Of a DNA stretch of 33,047 nt, positions 24,961-33,047 are shown piece by piece. A program made the translations under genes and the position numbers. The stretch lies in UHGV virus genome UHGV-0216082, one strand, 5' to 3'. The notes under the pieces are model-generated. The model had not been told where the DNA came from. It saw nothing but the letters and a program-made list of their open reading frames with translations, and did not search any database. Each line of letters starts with the position of its first letter. Within the stretch, counting starts at the first letter, position 1. The stretch is from a virus.

Positions 24961-25326
24961 ATGGATAGATATCAAAAGAATGTAAAAGAATATAGCAAAA
25001 AAAGAAAAACAGTAATTTATATTATAGGAAAAATTACAGGCGATTATAATTATAGACAAAAATTTAAAAATGCAGAAATGTATTTAAGAGAACTAGGATT
25101 TAGAGTTTTTAATCCTGCACAATTTCCATCAGGTATGGAATATAGTTCATATTTAAAAATATGTAAATCAATTATTGAAGAGGTTGACTATATTTATGTA
25201 TTAAAAGATTTTAAAGATAGTGAAGGAGCAAAGATAGAAATAAAACATGCTGAAAGAATAAACAAAAGAATTATCTATCAAGATGCAGAGGATAGAGAAT
25301 TTATTGAAAGTATAGTTAGAATTTAG
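24961..25326 (+). CDS. DUF4406-like (nucleoside deoxyribosyltransferase-like) protein
   Basis: IYIIGKITG...F..AE..L...G..VFNPA...SEGAKIE. Confidence 0.8.
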   Translation: MDRYQKNVKEYSKKRKTVIYIIGKITGDYNYRQKFKNAEMYLRELGFRVFNPAQFPSGMEYSSYLKICKSIIEEVDYIYVLKDFKDSEGAKIEIKHAERINKRIIYQDAEDREFIESIVRI

Positions 25327-25337
25327 GAGGATAAGAA

Positions 25338-25553
25338 ATGAAAACTAATAGAGCTATTGAAAAAATGCAGAAGATATTGTCAATATTAGCAATAATAAGT
25401 TATATATTGTTTAATATTATATTTATATTAAAAACTATAAAATTTAATATTGTTTTAGGAGTTTTACTAATAATTGTACTTTCTATTTTAAATTTAACAA
25501 TACTTGAAACATTAAAAAGAGAATTCAACAAGAGTGATAAAAAGGAGAAGTAA
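25338..25553 (+). CDS. Two-TM membrane protein
   Basis: AGGAGG RBS; two hydrophobic segments. Confidence 0.7.
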   Translation: MKTNRAIEKMQKILSILAIISYILFNIIFILKTIKFNIVLGVLLIIVLSILNLTILETLKREFNKSDKKEK

Positions 25554-25997
25554 ATGAAAAAAAGTGCATTTTTAAAAGACTTTGAAGAGGAATTGAGAAT
25601 ATTTTCATATCACGAAGAAAATGTAAAAAGTATAAATGAAGAATTAGAAATTATAGATAACAAAATCTATAATGTAAAAAATGCTAATCCAACATCATAT
25701 AGTTCAGGAAAAGGGAATGATACAAACTCTATCGAAGAAAAACTTATAAATTTATTAGCAAGACAAGATAGACTGTCAAAACAATTAATAAGTATTGAAA
25801 GCGAATATGTAAGAACTAAAAGTAAGTTATCGTGCTTAACACCTGAAGAATATAAACTCATAGAACTAAGATATTTCAAAAACTACAAATTAGAAAAAAT
25901 GGAAAAGATTCTATTCAAAGACAAGTCAAATATAAGCAGAGATTTAGACAGAGTTTTATTCAAGATACTTGAAAGACAATATGGCAAGATAGTTTAA
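25554..25997 (+). CDS. ArpU/RinA-like late transcriptional activator
   Basis: Last early gene; coiled coil plus sigma-region-4-like LTPEEYKLIELRYF...ISR. Confidence 0.8.
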   Translation: MKKSAFLKDFEEELRIFSYHEENVKSINEELEIIDNKIYNVKNANPTSYSSGKGNDTNSIEEKLINLLARQDRLSKQLISIESEYVRTKSKLSCLTPEEYKLIELRYFKNYKLEKMEKILFKDKSNISRDLDRVLFKILERQYGKIV

Positions 25998-26034
25998 CTT
26001 GCAAAAAACTCGCAATAAAAATGATTATATTGTG

Positions 26035-26043
26035 TGTTATAAT
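26035..26043 (+). promoter_or_regulatory. Extended -10 promoter (putative activator-dependent late promoter)
   Basis: TGTTATAAT just after the arpU-like gene; no good -35. Confidence 0.6.
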
Positions 26044-26120
26044 GATATCATAGAAAAGAATATAAAGTATCATTTCAGAGATGTGTTCAAGAGAACCTCC
26101 TTTCATATAAATTTATGCAG

Positions 26121-26150
26121 AAAAAGAGTAATTAAAATTGCTCTTTTTTT
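26121..26150 (+). terminator. Intrinsic terminator
   Basis: AAAAAGAGTAATT-aa-AATTGCTCTTTTTTT. Confidence 0.75.
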
Positions 26151-26172
26151 GTGATTTTTTATAAAAAAACAC

Positions 26173-26201
26173 TTGACACGTAGTAAAATACGTGTTATAA
26201 T
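26173..26201 (+). promoter_or_regulatory. hicAB promoter with operator
   Basis: TTGACA, 17 nt, TATAAT containing the inverted repeat ACACGTA-6-TACGTGT (26176-26195). Confidence 0.9.
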
Positions 26202-26234
26202 ATGTGTAAGAAATAAGAAAGGAAGTCTTTAAAA

Positions 26235-26423
26235 TTGAACAAGAGAGAGCTAATAAAAATTTTAAAAAAGAACGGCTTTAAACAAATACCAAAACGAGGT
26301 AAAGGAAGTCATGAATGTTGGTTAAAAGATGGTATAATCTTAACAATACCAAAACCAACAAGGTCAGATTATGACAAAGGAACATTAGATGCAATCTTGA
26401 AAGAAGCAGGGTTAAAAAAATAA
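26235..26423 (+). CDS. hicA: HicA mRNA interferase toxin
   Basis: RELIKILKKNGF...RGKGSH...GTLDAILKEAGL; GAAAGGA RBS. Confidence 0.93.
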   Translation: MNKRELIKILKKNGFKQIPKRGKGSHECWLKDGIILTIPKPTRSDYDKGTLDAILKEAGLKK

Positions 26424-26471
26424 CCCTGCTAAAAAAACAATTTTAAAAACAAAATTAAAAGGAGGTTTGAA

Positions 26472-26879
26472 ATGAATAAAGGAGTAAAAACTTTTATTGC
26501 ACTTTTTAAATTTAATGATGGAGTTTACACTATATCATTTCCAGATTTAAGAGGAGCAATTAGCGAGGCTGGAAGTATTGAGGAAGCAATTAGTAATGCT
26601 AAGGACGTTTTAGAAATTTGGCTTTTAAATGCTGAAGATTATAATATAAAAATTCCTAACTCAAAAAGTTTTAAGGAATTAGAGAATTTAGCTGTTGGTG
26701 AAAAAGATTTTATTCAATATATAACAGTTGATTTAGATTTAGCAAGAAAAAAGGAAGATAATAGATCAGTAAAGAAAACTTTAACTATACCATTTTGGTT
26801 AAATGAATTAGCAGTAAATAATAATGTAAATTTTAGTTATTGTTTGCAAAAAGCATTAAGAAAAGAATTAAATGTATAA
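26472..26879 (+). CDS. hicB: HicB antitoxin
   Basis: YTISFPDLRGAISE...EEAI.NA, and RHH-type VKKTLTIPFWLN...NFS..LQ.AL. Confidence 0.95.
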   Translation: MNKGVKTFIALFKFNDGVYTISFPDLRGAISEAGSIEEAISNAKDVLEIWLLNAEDYNIKIPNSKSFKELENLAVGEKDFIQYITVDLDLARKKEDNRSVKKTLTIPFWLNELAVNNNVNFSYCLQKALRKELNV

Positions 26880-26904
26880 AGTAAATAATTAAATAAAAAT
26901 AAAG

Positions 26905-26931
26905 AAAGACATCTATTAAGGTGTCTTTTTT
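26905..26931 (+). terminator. Terminator after hicB
   Basis: AAAGACATCT-atta-AGGTGTCTTTTTT. Confidence 0.8.
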
Positions 26932-26953
26932 GTTGTAAAAAAGAGGTATATCA

Positions 26954-27238
26954 ATGAACTTTTATAACACAAAAAAATGGAAAGATAAAAGGTTAAAAAT
27001 ATTGAGGAGAGACAAATATATTTGTGTAGAATGTAAGAGATATGGAAAGATAACAGAGGCAACAACAGTGCATCATATTTATCCTTATGAATTATATCCG
27101 GAATTAAGACTTAATACAAAAAACCTTATTTCATTATGTGAAAAATGCCACAATGAAATGCATAATCGCAAAAATCACGAAATTACAAAAAAAGGAAAAG
27201 AGTTACAAAAAAGAATATCCCCCCTACTTAAAAAATAG
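26954..27238 (+). CDS. HNH endonuclease (HK97 gp74-like, packaging associated)
   Basis: FYNTKKWK..R...LRRD...CVEC...VHHI...NLISLCEKCHNEMH. Confidence 0.93.
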   Translation: MNFYNTKKWKDKRLKILRRDKYICVECKRYGKITEATTVHHIYPYELYPELRLNTKNLISLCEKCHNEMHNRKNHEITKKGKELQKRISPLLKK

Positions 27239-27312
27239 AAATACAAAGCCAATAAAAACGGCGTAAATAACCTTTTATATACAAGGGCATTTTTTTAGAA
27301 AAGGGGGAACGG
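27218..27312. other. Putative cos region
   Basis: Directly after the HNH gene, bounded by C6 (27219-27224) and G5 (27303-27307). Expected position in HNH/P27-TerS cos phages; cut site not determined. Confidence 0.45.
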
Positions 27313-27517
27313 CTAAAAATACAGCTTTTAAAAGGGTATAAAAAAAGGGTTTTTAAAATTGCTTGTAAGTTTTGAAATTTCAAAAGAATTAGCAAAAATA
27401 TAATGATATAAAAAAGACAATATTTTATAACAAAAAATTTATAAAAATGATATAAAAAAGTTATCATTTTTTATCAATTTTTTGTTATTTTTTTACATAA
27501 ATTGAAGGAGAAATTAT

Positions 27518-28738
27518 ATGAATTTTGAAAAAATTGATATTAATAGCATTATTGAATATGAAAATAATGCAAAAATACACACAGATGAGCAAATCGAACA
27601 AATTTGTAATTCTATCAGAGAGTTTGGGAACAATGACCCCATTGCAATTGATGAAAATAACGTGATTATCGAAGGACATGGAAGACTTTATGCATTAAAA
27701 AAATTGAATTATGAAGAGGTTGATGTAATAAGGTTGACTCATTTGAATGAACAACAAAAGAAAGCTTATATTTTAGCACACAATAATTTAACAATGACAA
27801 CAGGTTTTGATTTGGAAAAATTACAAATTGAAATGGAAGGAATAATAGATTTTGATATGTCAGAATTTGGATTTGAACCATTTGAACCATTAAATGAATT
27901 AGAAGAAACAGAAGAACAACTTGAAGATGTACTTAGTAACGTAGAAAATAATGAAAATGAATTAAAAGTACAAAGAGGAGATATTTTCAAATTAGGAAAA
28001 CATACTTTGATGTGTGGAGATAGCACAGATACCGAAAGTGTCAATTTTTTAACAGGGGGGGGTACAGTTAACCTTGTGGTAACAGACCCACCATACAACG
28101 TAAACTATGAAGAAAAAGCAAAGCATATTTCAAAAACGAGATCATGTGAAAGAATTAAAAAAGGTACAAATACTAATATTAAAAATGATAAAGTAGGAGA
28201 TGAAGAATTTTATCAATTTTTATTTAAAATGTATAAAAATATGCTTGAAGTTTTAGAAGAAGGAGGAGCATATTATATTTGGTATGCTCAAGCTGAAAGT
28301 ATAAACTTTCTAAAAGCATTGAAAGATGCAGGTAGCAATTTTAGACAGATTCTAATTTGGAATAAAAACAATATTGTATTAGGAAGACAAGATTATCAGT
28401 GGAAATATGAACCTTGTATTTATGGGTGGAAAGAAGGAGCACCTCACAATTGGTACTCAGATAGAAAGCAGACAACAGTTTTAGATTTCAATAAGCCGTT
28501 AAGAAGTTTAGAACATCCAACAATGAAACCGATTGATTTGTTCAAATATTTAATTGAAAATTCTAGCAAGGTGGGGGATAAAGTTTTGGATTTATTTGGA
28601 GGTTCAGGAACAACATTAATCGCTTGTGAAGAATTAAATAGAGAATGTTACATGATGGAGTATGAGCCTAAATATGCAGAAGTAATAATAAAAAGATGGG
28701 AGAACTTGACAGGAGAAAAAGCAATAAAAATAAATTAG
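27518..28738 (+). CDS. ParB-N-domain N6/N4 DNA methyltransferase
   Basis: NNAKIH...IIEGHGR (ParB-like), TDPPY, HPTMKP, VLDLFGGSGTT (beta-class order). Confidence 0.93.
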   Translation: MNFEKIDINSIIEYENNAKIHTDEQIEQICNSIREFGNNDPIAIDENNVIIEGHGRLYALKKLNYEEVDVIRLTHLNEQQKKAYILAHNNLTMTTGFDLEKLQIEMEGIIDFDMSEFGFEPFEPLNELEETEEQLEDVLSNVENNENELKVQRGDIFKLGKHTLMCGDSTDTESVNFLTGGGTVNLVVTDPPYNVNYEEKAKHISKTRSCERIKKGTNTNIKNDKVGDEEFYQFLFKMYKNMLEVLEEGGAYYIWYAQAESINFLKALKDAGSNFRQILIWNKNNIVLGRQDYQWKYEPCIYGWKEGAPHNWYSDRKQTTVLDFNKPLRSLEHPTMKPIDLFKYLIENSSKVGDKVLDLFGGSGTTLIACEELNRECYMMEYEPKYAEVIIKRWENLTGEKAIKIN

Positions 28739-28753
28739 CAGAGGAGGTGTAGT

Positions 28754-29128
28754 ATGGAATTTTCAAAAGTCAAAAAGGATTTAATAAAAAAAATGAAATC
28801 TGTAGGCACCTACGATAAATCTTTTAATGAAATTATTGAATTGACAGCTCAAATTTTAGTTGATTTAGAAAAAGCAAAAGAAAACTTTGCAAAATCAGGC
28901 TATCAGATGGTTGTAACTCACACGAACAAAAATGGTAGCAAGAATTTAGTAAAAAATCCATTTTATTTATCAATTGAGAAATTAAGAGATGATAGTATAG
29001 TCTATTTAAGAGAATTGGGACTTACTCCTACCGGCTTAAAGAAAATTAAGAACGTTATTGATACAGAACCACAACAAAATAACAGTGTTCTTGAATCCAT
29101 ACTCTCTAATTTTGAAAAAAAAGAATGA
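28754..29128 (+). CDS. terS: Terminase small subunit (P27 family)
   Basis: VKNPF...ELGLTP motif; GAGGAGGTG RBS. Confidence 0.9.
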   Translation: MEFSKVKKDLIKKMKSVGTYDKSFNEIIELTAQILVDLEKAKENFAKSGYQMVVTHTNKNGSKNLVKNPFYLSIEKLRDDSIVYLRELGLTPTGLKKIKNVIDTEPQQNNSVLESILSNFEKKE

Positions 29129-30854
29129 AATTATCAATAATTGCGAACTTCAAAAAATAAATGATAAAGAAGTAGTTGAGTTTATAACAAGTATAAAAAG
29201 TGGTTCAAAAATTGTTAACGAGGAGCAACTACAAGCAGTTCAAAGATTTTTTAAAGATTTAGATAATGAAAATTATGAATTCAAAGTAGAAGAAGCAGAA
29301 TTTGTAATTAAACTAATTGAAGGAACAATAGTTAATATTCAAGGAGAGACCATTTCAGGACTTCCTTTAGCTAATAAACCCTTGAAATTAATCCCATGGC
29401 AAAAATTTTGCATCTATAATATTTTAGGTTTTTATCATAAAAAAACAATTTTAAGAAGATTTAAAGAGGTTTTCATATTTATACCAAGAAAAAATGGAAA
29501 AACTTCTTTTATTGGAGCTTTAGCTTGGGCATTGGGAATACTAAGCAGGAAATCTGGAACAAAGATTTATATTGTTGGTGACGTTTTAAAGCAATCATTG
29601 GAAAGTTTTACATTCATCAAAGAAAATATTTATCATCTTCAGGAAGATAAGTATTTCAAAATAAGAGATAATTCATTCGGACACACTATAGAAAGAAAAT
29701 TTAGTGATGGTTTTATGAAAATTGAGGCTTTAGCAGGCAATTCAGATAATCAAGATTCATTAAATAGTAATATACAAATCTGTGATGAATTACACGCATA
29801 CAAAACCCCAAAAAAATACAATGTAATTAAAGAAGCTGGAAAAGCCTATGCAAACAAACTCTGTATTGGGATATCAACAGCAGGAGATAATGAAAACTGG
29901 TTTTGTGGGCAGAGGTTAAAATATTGTAAAAAAGTATTAAGTGGACAACTTGTTGATGAACAGTTGTTCATTTTTATTGCAAAGGCAGACGATAAAAACA
30001 AATATGATGATGAAACAGAAATAATAAAAGCCAATCCATCAGTGGGTTATACGATAAGTCTTGAAAGTTTAAAAAACGATGCATATCAAGCAAGAAACGA
30101 CCCACAACAAAGAAAAGATTTTTTAGCAAAATCTCTCAATATATTTACAAATAGTGTAAAAGCATATTTTGATTTAACAGAATTTTACGAATCTGATGAA
30201 AAATACAACTGGACTTTAGAGGAACTGGCAAAATTAAAAATAAGCTGGTATGGAGGTGCTGACCTTTCAAAACTACACGATTTAACAGCATCAGCTTTAT
30301 ATGGGAACTACAAAGGAGTGGATATTTGTATAACGCATGCATTTTTTCCACGTTCAAGAGCCCATATAGTTGCAGAGGAAAATTCTATCCCGTTATTTGG
30401 TTGGGAAGATGATGGAAACTTGACAATGAGTGATACAGAAACTGTTTTATATGATGATGTTGTAGAATGGTTTTGTATGATGAGAGAAAAAGGGTTTAAA
30501 ATCCGTCAGGTTGGATTCGATAGAAAATTCGCAAATGAATTCTTTTTAAAAATGAAAAAGAAAAAATTTAAAATGATAGATGAACCACAAATTTATTTTA
30601 AAAAATCACAAGGGTTTAGAAGAATAGAAATGAAAGTAAAAAATAAAGAATTTTATTATTTACATTCAGAAGCATACGAGTACTGTGTTTCTAATGTAAA
30701 AGCAGTTGAAAAAGTAGATGATGCAATACAATACGAAAAAACAGACCCGACCCAAAAAATAGACTTATTCGATGCATCTGTTTTTGCATGTATGAGAATG
30801 ATTGAAGATGAAGACAAAAAGCACGAAACAGAAGAATGGTTAAAATCAAAATAA
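29112..30854 (+). CDS. terL: Terminase large subunit
   Basis: LIPWQKF, Walker A IPRKNGKT, Walker B ICDELH, ISTAG, GADLS...DLTA, KID..DA. Start uncertain (TTG 29112 or 29058). Confidence 0.95.
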   Translation: MKKKNEIINNCELQKINDKEVVEFITSIKSGSKIVNEEQLQAVQRFFKDLDNENYEFKVEEAEFVIKLIEGTIVNIQGETISGLPLANKPLKLIPWQKFCIYNILGFYHKKTILRRFKEVFIFIPRKNGKTSFIGALAWALGILSRKSGTKIYIVGDVLKQSLESFTFIKENIYHLQEDKYFKIRDNSFGHTIERKFSDGFMKIEALAGNSDNQDSLNSNIQICDELHAYKTPKKYNVIKEAGKAYANKLCIGISTAGDNENWFCGQRLKYCKKVLSGQLVDEQLFIFIAKADDKNKYDDETEIIKANPSVGYTISLESLKNDAYQARNDPQQRKDFLAKSLNIFTNSVKAYFDLTEFYESDEKYNWTLEELAKLKISWYGGADLSKLHDLTASALYGNYKGVDICITHAFFPRSRAHIVAEENSIPLFGWEDDGNLTMSDTETVLYDDVVEWFCMMREKGFKIRQVGFDRKFANEFFLKMKKKKFKMIDEPQIYFKKSQGFRRIEMKVKNKEFYYLHSEAYEYCVSNVKAVEKVDDAIQYEKTDPTQKIDLFDASVFACMRMIEDEDKKHETEEWLKSK

Positions 30855-30870
30855 AAGGAGGTGAGGAAGA

Positions 30871-32085
30871 ATGGGAATAAAGAGTTTCTTTAAAAGAGAA
30901 AATAATGAAAAATCAAAACGACCACCTTATGGATTTGTTTTAAATCAAAGAGGTATTTACGATTATGTTTCAGGATATACTTCGTTATCGGAAACAGTAG
31001 AATTTAAAAAGTGTATTGATATTATAGCAGATTTAGTTTCAAATATGACAATATACTTAATGCAAAACACCGAAAAAGGTGATGTAAGAGTTAAAAATTC
31101 ATTATCAAAAAAAATTGATATAAATCCATGTAAGTTTATGACAAAAAAAGCATGGATTTATTTTATTGTTAAAAATTTGGTAGTAAACGGAAATGCAGTA
31201 GTTTTTCCTGTTTTTAATGAACAAGGATATCTTGAAGATTTAATTCCTAAGACAACAAAAAACTTAAGTTTCACGTGGGATTATTCAAAACAAGATTATT
31301 ATATAACGCATGAAAGTAAAAAATATTATTCAGGAGAATTTATACATTTTGTTTTAAATCCTGATGAAATAGAATTCTATAAAGGTACAGGCTACAGGTT
31401 AGATTTAAGAGATGTAAATGAAGCTCTTTCACTTGCTACAGATACAAGAAAAAGTTTTTTAAAGGGGCAGTATATGCCTAGTCTAATAATAAAGGTGGAC
31501 TCTACAGAGGAACTTTTAGAAACTGAAGAGGGAAAAGAGGCAATTGAAGAAAAATATCTATCTAGAAAAGAATCGGGAAGACCTTGGATAATACCAGCAG
31601 AAATGCTTGAAATAAATCAAATAAAACCCCTCACATTAAACGATTTAGCTTTAAATGATAGTGTGATACTAGACAAAAAAACAGTTGCAAGTATGCTCGG
31701 AGTACCGGCATTTTTATTAGGAGTTGGAAATTTTAGTGCAGATGAATTCAACAACTTTATACAAACTAAAATAATGAGCATCGGGAAAATAATCGAACAA
31801 ACACTTACAAAGAGTTTGATTTATAGTCCGGACTTGTATTTTAAATGTAATTCTAGAAGCTTATATTCTTATAACTTCAAAGAAATAGCAGAAATAGGAC
31901 AAAAACTGTTTACAAGTGGGCTCGTGCTTGGAAATGAAGTTAGAGACTGGATTGGATTAACACCACTTGATGAACTTAATGAACTTATAATTTTAGAAAA
32001 TTATATACCGGCATCAAAAATTGCAGACCAAAAGAAATTGAATAAAGGAGGTGAGAAAAATGGCGATGGAAAAAAGAACGAGTAA
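30871..32085 (+). CDS. Portal protein, HK97 family
   Basis: Follows terL; CIDIIADLVS.M, GNAVV, VASMLGVPAFLLG, NEVRDWIGL.P. Confidence 0.93.
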   Translation: MGIKSFFKRENNEKSKRPPYGFVLNQRGIYDYVSGYTSLSETVEFKKCIDIIADLVSNMTIYLMQNTEKGDVRVKNSLSKKIDINPCKFMTKKAWIYFIVKNLVVNGNAVVFPVFNEQGYLEDLIPKTTKNLSFTWDYSKQDYYITHESKKYYSGEFIHFVLNPDEIEFYKGTGYRLDLRDVNEALSLATDTRKSFLKGQYMPSLIIKVDSTEELLETEEGKEAIEEKYLSRKESGRPWIIPAEMLEINQIKPLTLNDLALNDSVILDKKTVASMLGVPAFLLGVGNFSADEFNNFIQTKIMSIGKIIEQTLTKSLIYSPDLYFKCNSRSLYSYNFKEIAEIGQKLFTSGLVLGNEVRDWIGLTPLDELNELIILENYIPASKIADQKKLNKGGEKNGDGKKNE

Positions 32086-32629
32086 TATTGATTTAAAAAT
32101 ACGAAGTGAAACTGCAGAAGAAAAAGAGAAAATAATTGAGGGATATTTTATTGTATTTGACGAAGAAACAGAAATATTCCCGACATATTTTGAAAAAGTT
32201 TCAAGAGAAGCAATTGGAGACTTAAGTAAAAAAGATATTAGAGCATTAATCAATCATAATACGGAACTAGTTATAGGAAGAACAAGAAATTCAACTCTTG
32301 AATTAAAAGCAGATGCAAAAGGATTATTTGGAACTATAAAAATAAATGAGAATGATACTGATGCATTAAATATTTATGAAAGAGTTAAAAGGGGAGACGT
32401 TAGTCAATGCAGTTTTGGGTTTTATATAAACAAGCAAAACGAAACATGGCAAGATGATGGAACTTTAAGAGTTGAATTGACAGATATTGACCTGTTTGAA
32501 GTTTCGGTTGTTACTTTCCCTGCTTACGAACAGACAAGTGTTAGTGCGAGGGAAAAATTAGAAAATGCAAAAGAAAAGAAATTAAAGTTAAGAAAAGAAA
32601 AAATAAAGGAGATGTTAAAGAAATGTTAA
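32060..32629 (+). CDS. HK97-family prohead protease
   Basis: IEGYFIVFD, ALINHN...IGRT, RGDVSQCSFGF, EVSVVTFPAY. Start set at ATG 32060 after AGGAGGTG. Confidence 0.95.
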   Translation: MAMEKRTSNIDLKIRSETAEEKEKIIEGYFIVFDEETEIFPTYFEKVSREAIGDLSKKDIRALINHNTELVIGRTRNSTLELKADAKGLFGTIKINENDTDALNIYERVKRGDVSQCSFGFYINKQNETWQDDGTLRVELTDIDLFEVSVVTFPAYEQTSVSAREKLENAKEKKLKLRKEKIKEMLKKC

Positions 32630-33047
32630 AAATCAAATTACTTCAAAGAAAGAAAGAAGATGCAGAAAAAAGACTTCTAGAAAAAGAGGAATCAATAAAA
32701 AAATTAAATGAAAGAGCTAGAGAACTAGAAGTTGAAATTGAATCAGCTACTAATGAAGAAGTATTACAAAAAATTGAAGAAGAAGTTGTAAGAAATTTAG
32801 AAGAAACAAAACAATTTGAAAATGAAGTAGCAGAATTAAGAACTCAAATTAATGAAATTGACTCAGAAATAGTAGATTTAAGAAAAAAAGCACCGAAAGT
32901 AAACCCTGAAGGAGAGAAAAATAAAATGAATATAAATGAGGAAAGAGCAAAAGTAGCAGAGTATATCAGAACTAAAGGGATAAAAAGAGACAAAATAACA
33001 TCAACTGAGGTGGGGGTTTTAATACCAAAAGATGAAACACACACACC
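32623..33047 (+). CDS. Major capsid protein, N-terminal part (coiled-coil delta/scaffold domain); continues at position 1
   Basis: ATG at 32623 after AAGGAG, open to the window end (MLKIKLLQRKKEDAEKRL...), E/K-rich coiled coil. 425 nt plus base 1 completes a codon in frame with ORF 29..745. Absent from the ORF track. Confidence 0.9.
   Translation, partial: MLKIKLLQRKKEDAEKRLLEKEESIKKLNERARELEVEIESATNEEVLQKIEEEVVRNLEETKQFENEVAELRTQINEIDSEIVDLRKKAPKVNPEGEKNKMNINEERAKVAEYIRTKGIKRDKITSTEVGVLIPKDETHT

Larger units (their letters stand above)
1..33047. mobile_element. Complete circular(ised) temperate siphophage genome, HK97-like head
   Basis: All phage modules are present once and no host genes are evident. 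The capsid ORF continues in frame from 33047 to 1 (...ACA CC|A GTT AAA AAG CCA...). Confidence 0.93.

Overview
The window is an apparently complete, circularly permuted 33,047-bp genome of a temperate HK97-type siphophage of an AT-rich Bacillota host (host inferred from AGGAGG RBSs, sigmaA-type promoters and a Gram-positive lysis module). The major capsid ORF runs in frame across the end-to-start junction. Gene order is head-tail and tail genes (1-11659), holin and amidase (11689-12998), a leftward accessory island (13039-15062), a large serine integrase with ImmA/CI/Cro switch (15154-18396), early and replication genes (18420-25997), hicAB, HNH with putative cos, a ParB-methyltransferase, terminases, portal and protease. 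Four observations stand out. (1) The only recognisable replication initiator is an HUH rolling-circle Rep, and its leader holds a predicted ~75-nt counter-transcribed two-hairpin RNA, like plasmid copy control. (2) An anti-CRISPR/anti-defence-like island has two identical 50-bp consensus promoters, each with an 18-bp palindromic operator and a conserved 5'UTR hairpin. (3) A candidate attP lies inside the integrase 3' end. (4) The endolysin has an internal translation start. All functional calls are from motif recognition by eye; no searches were run.
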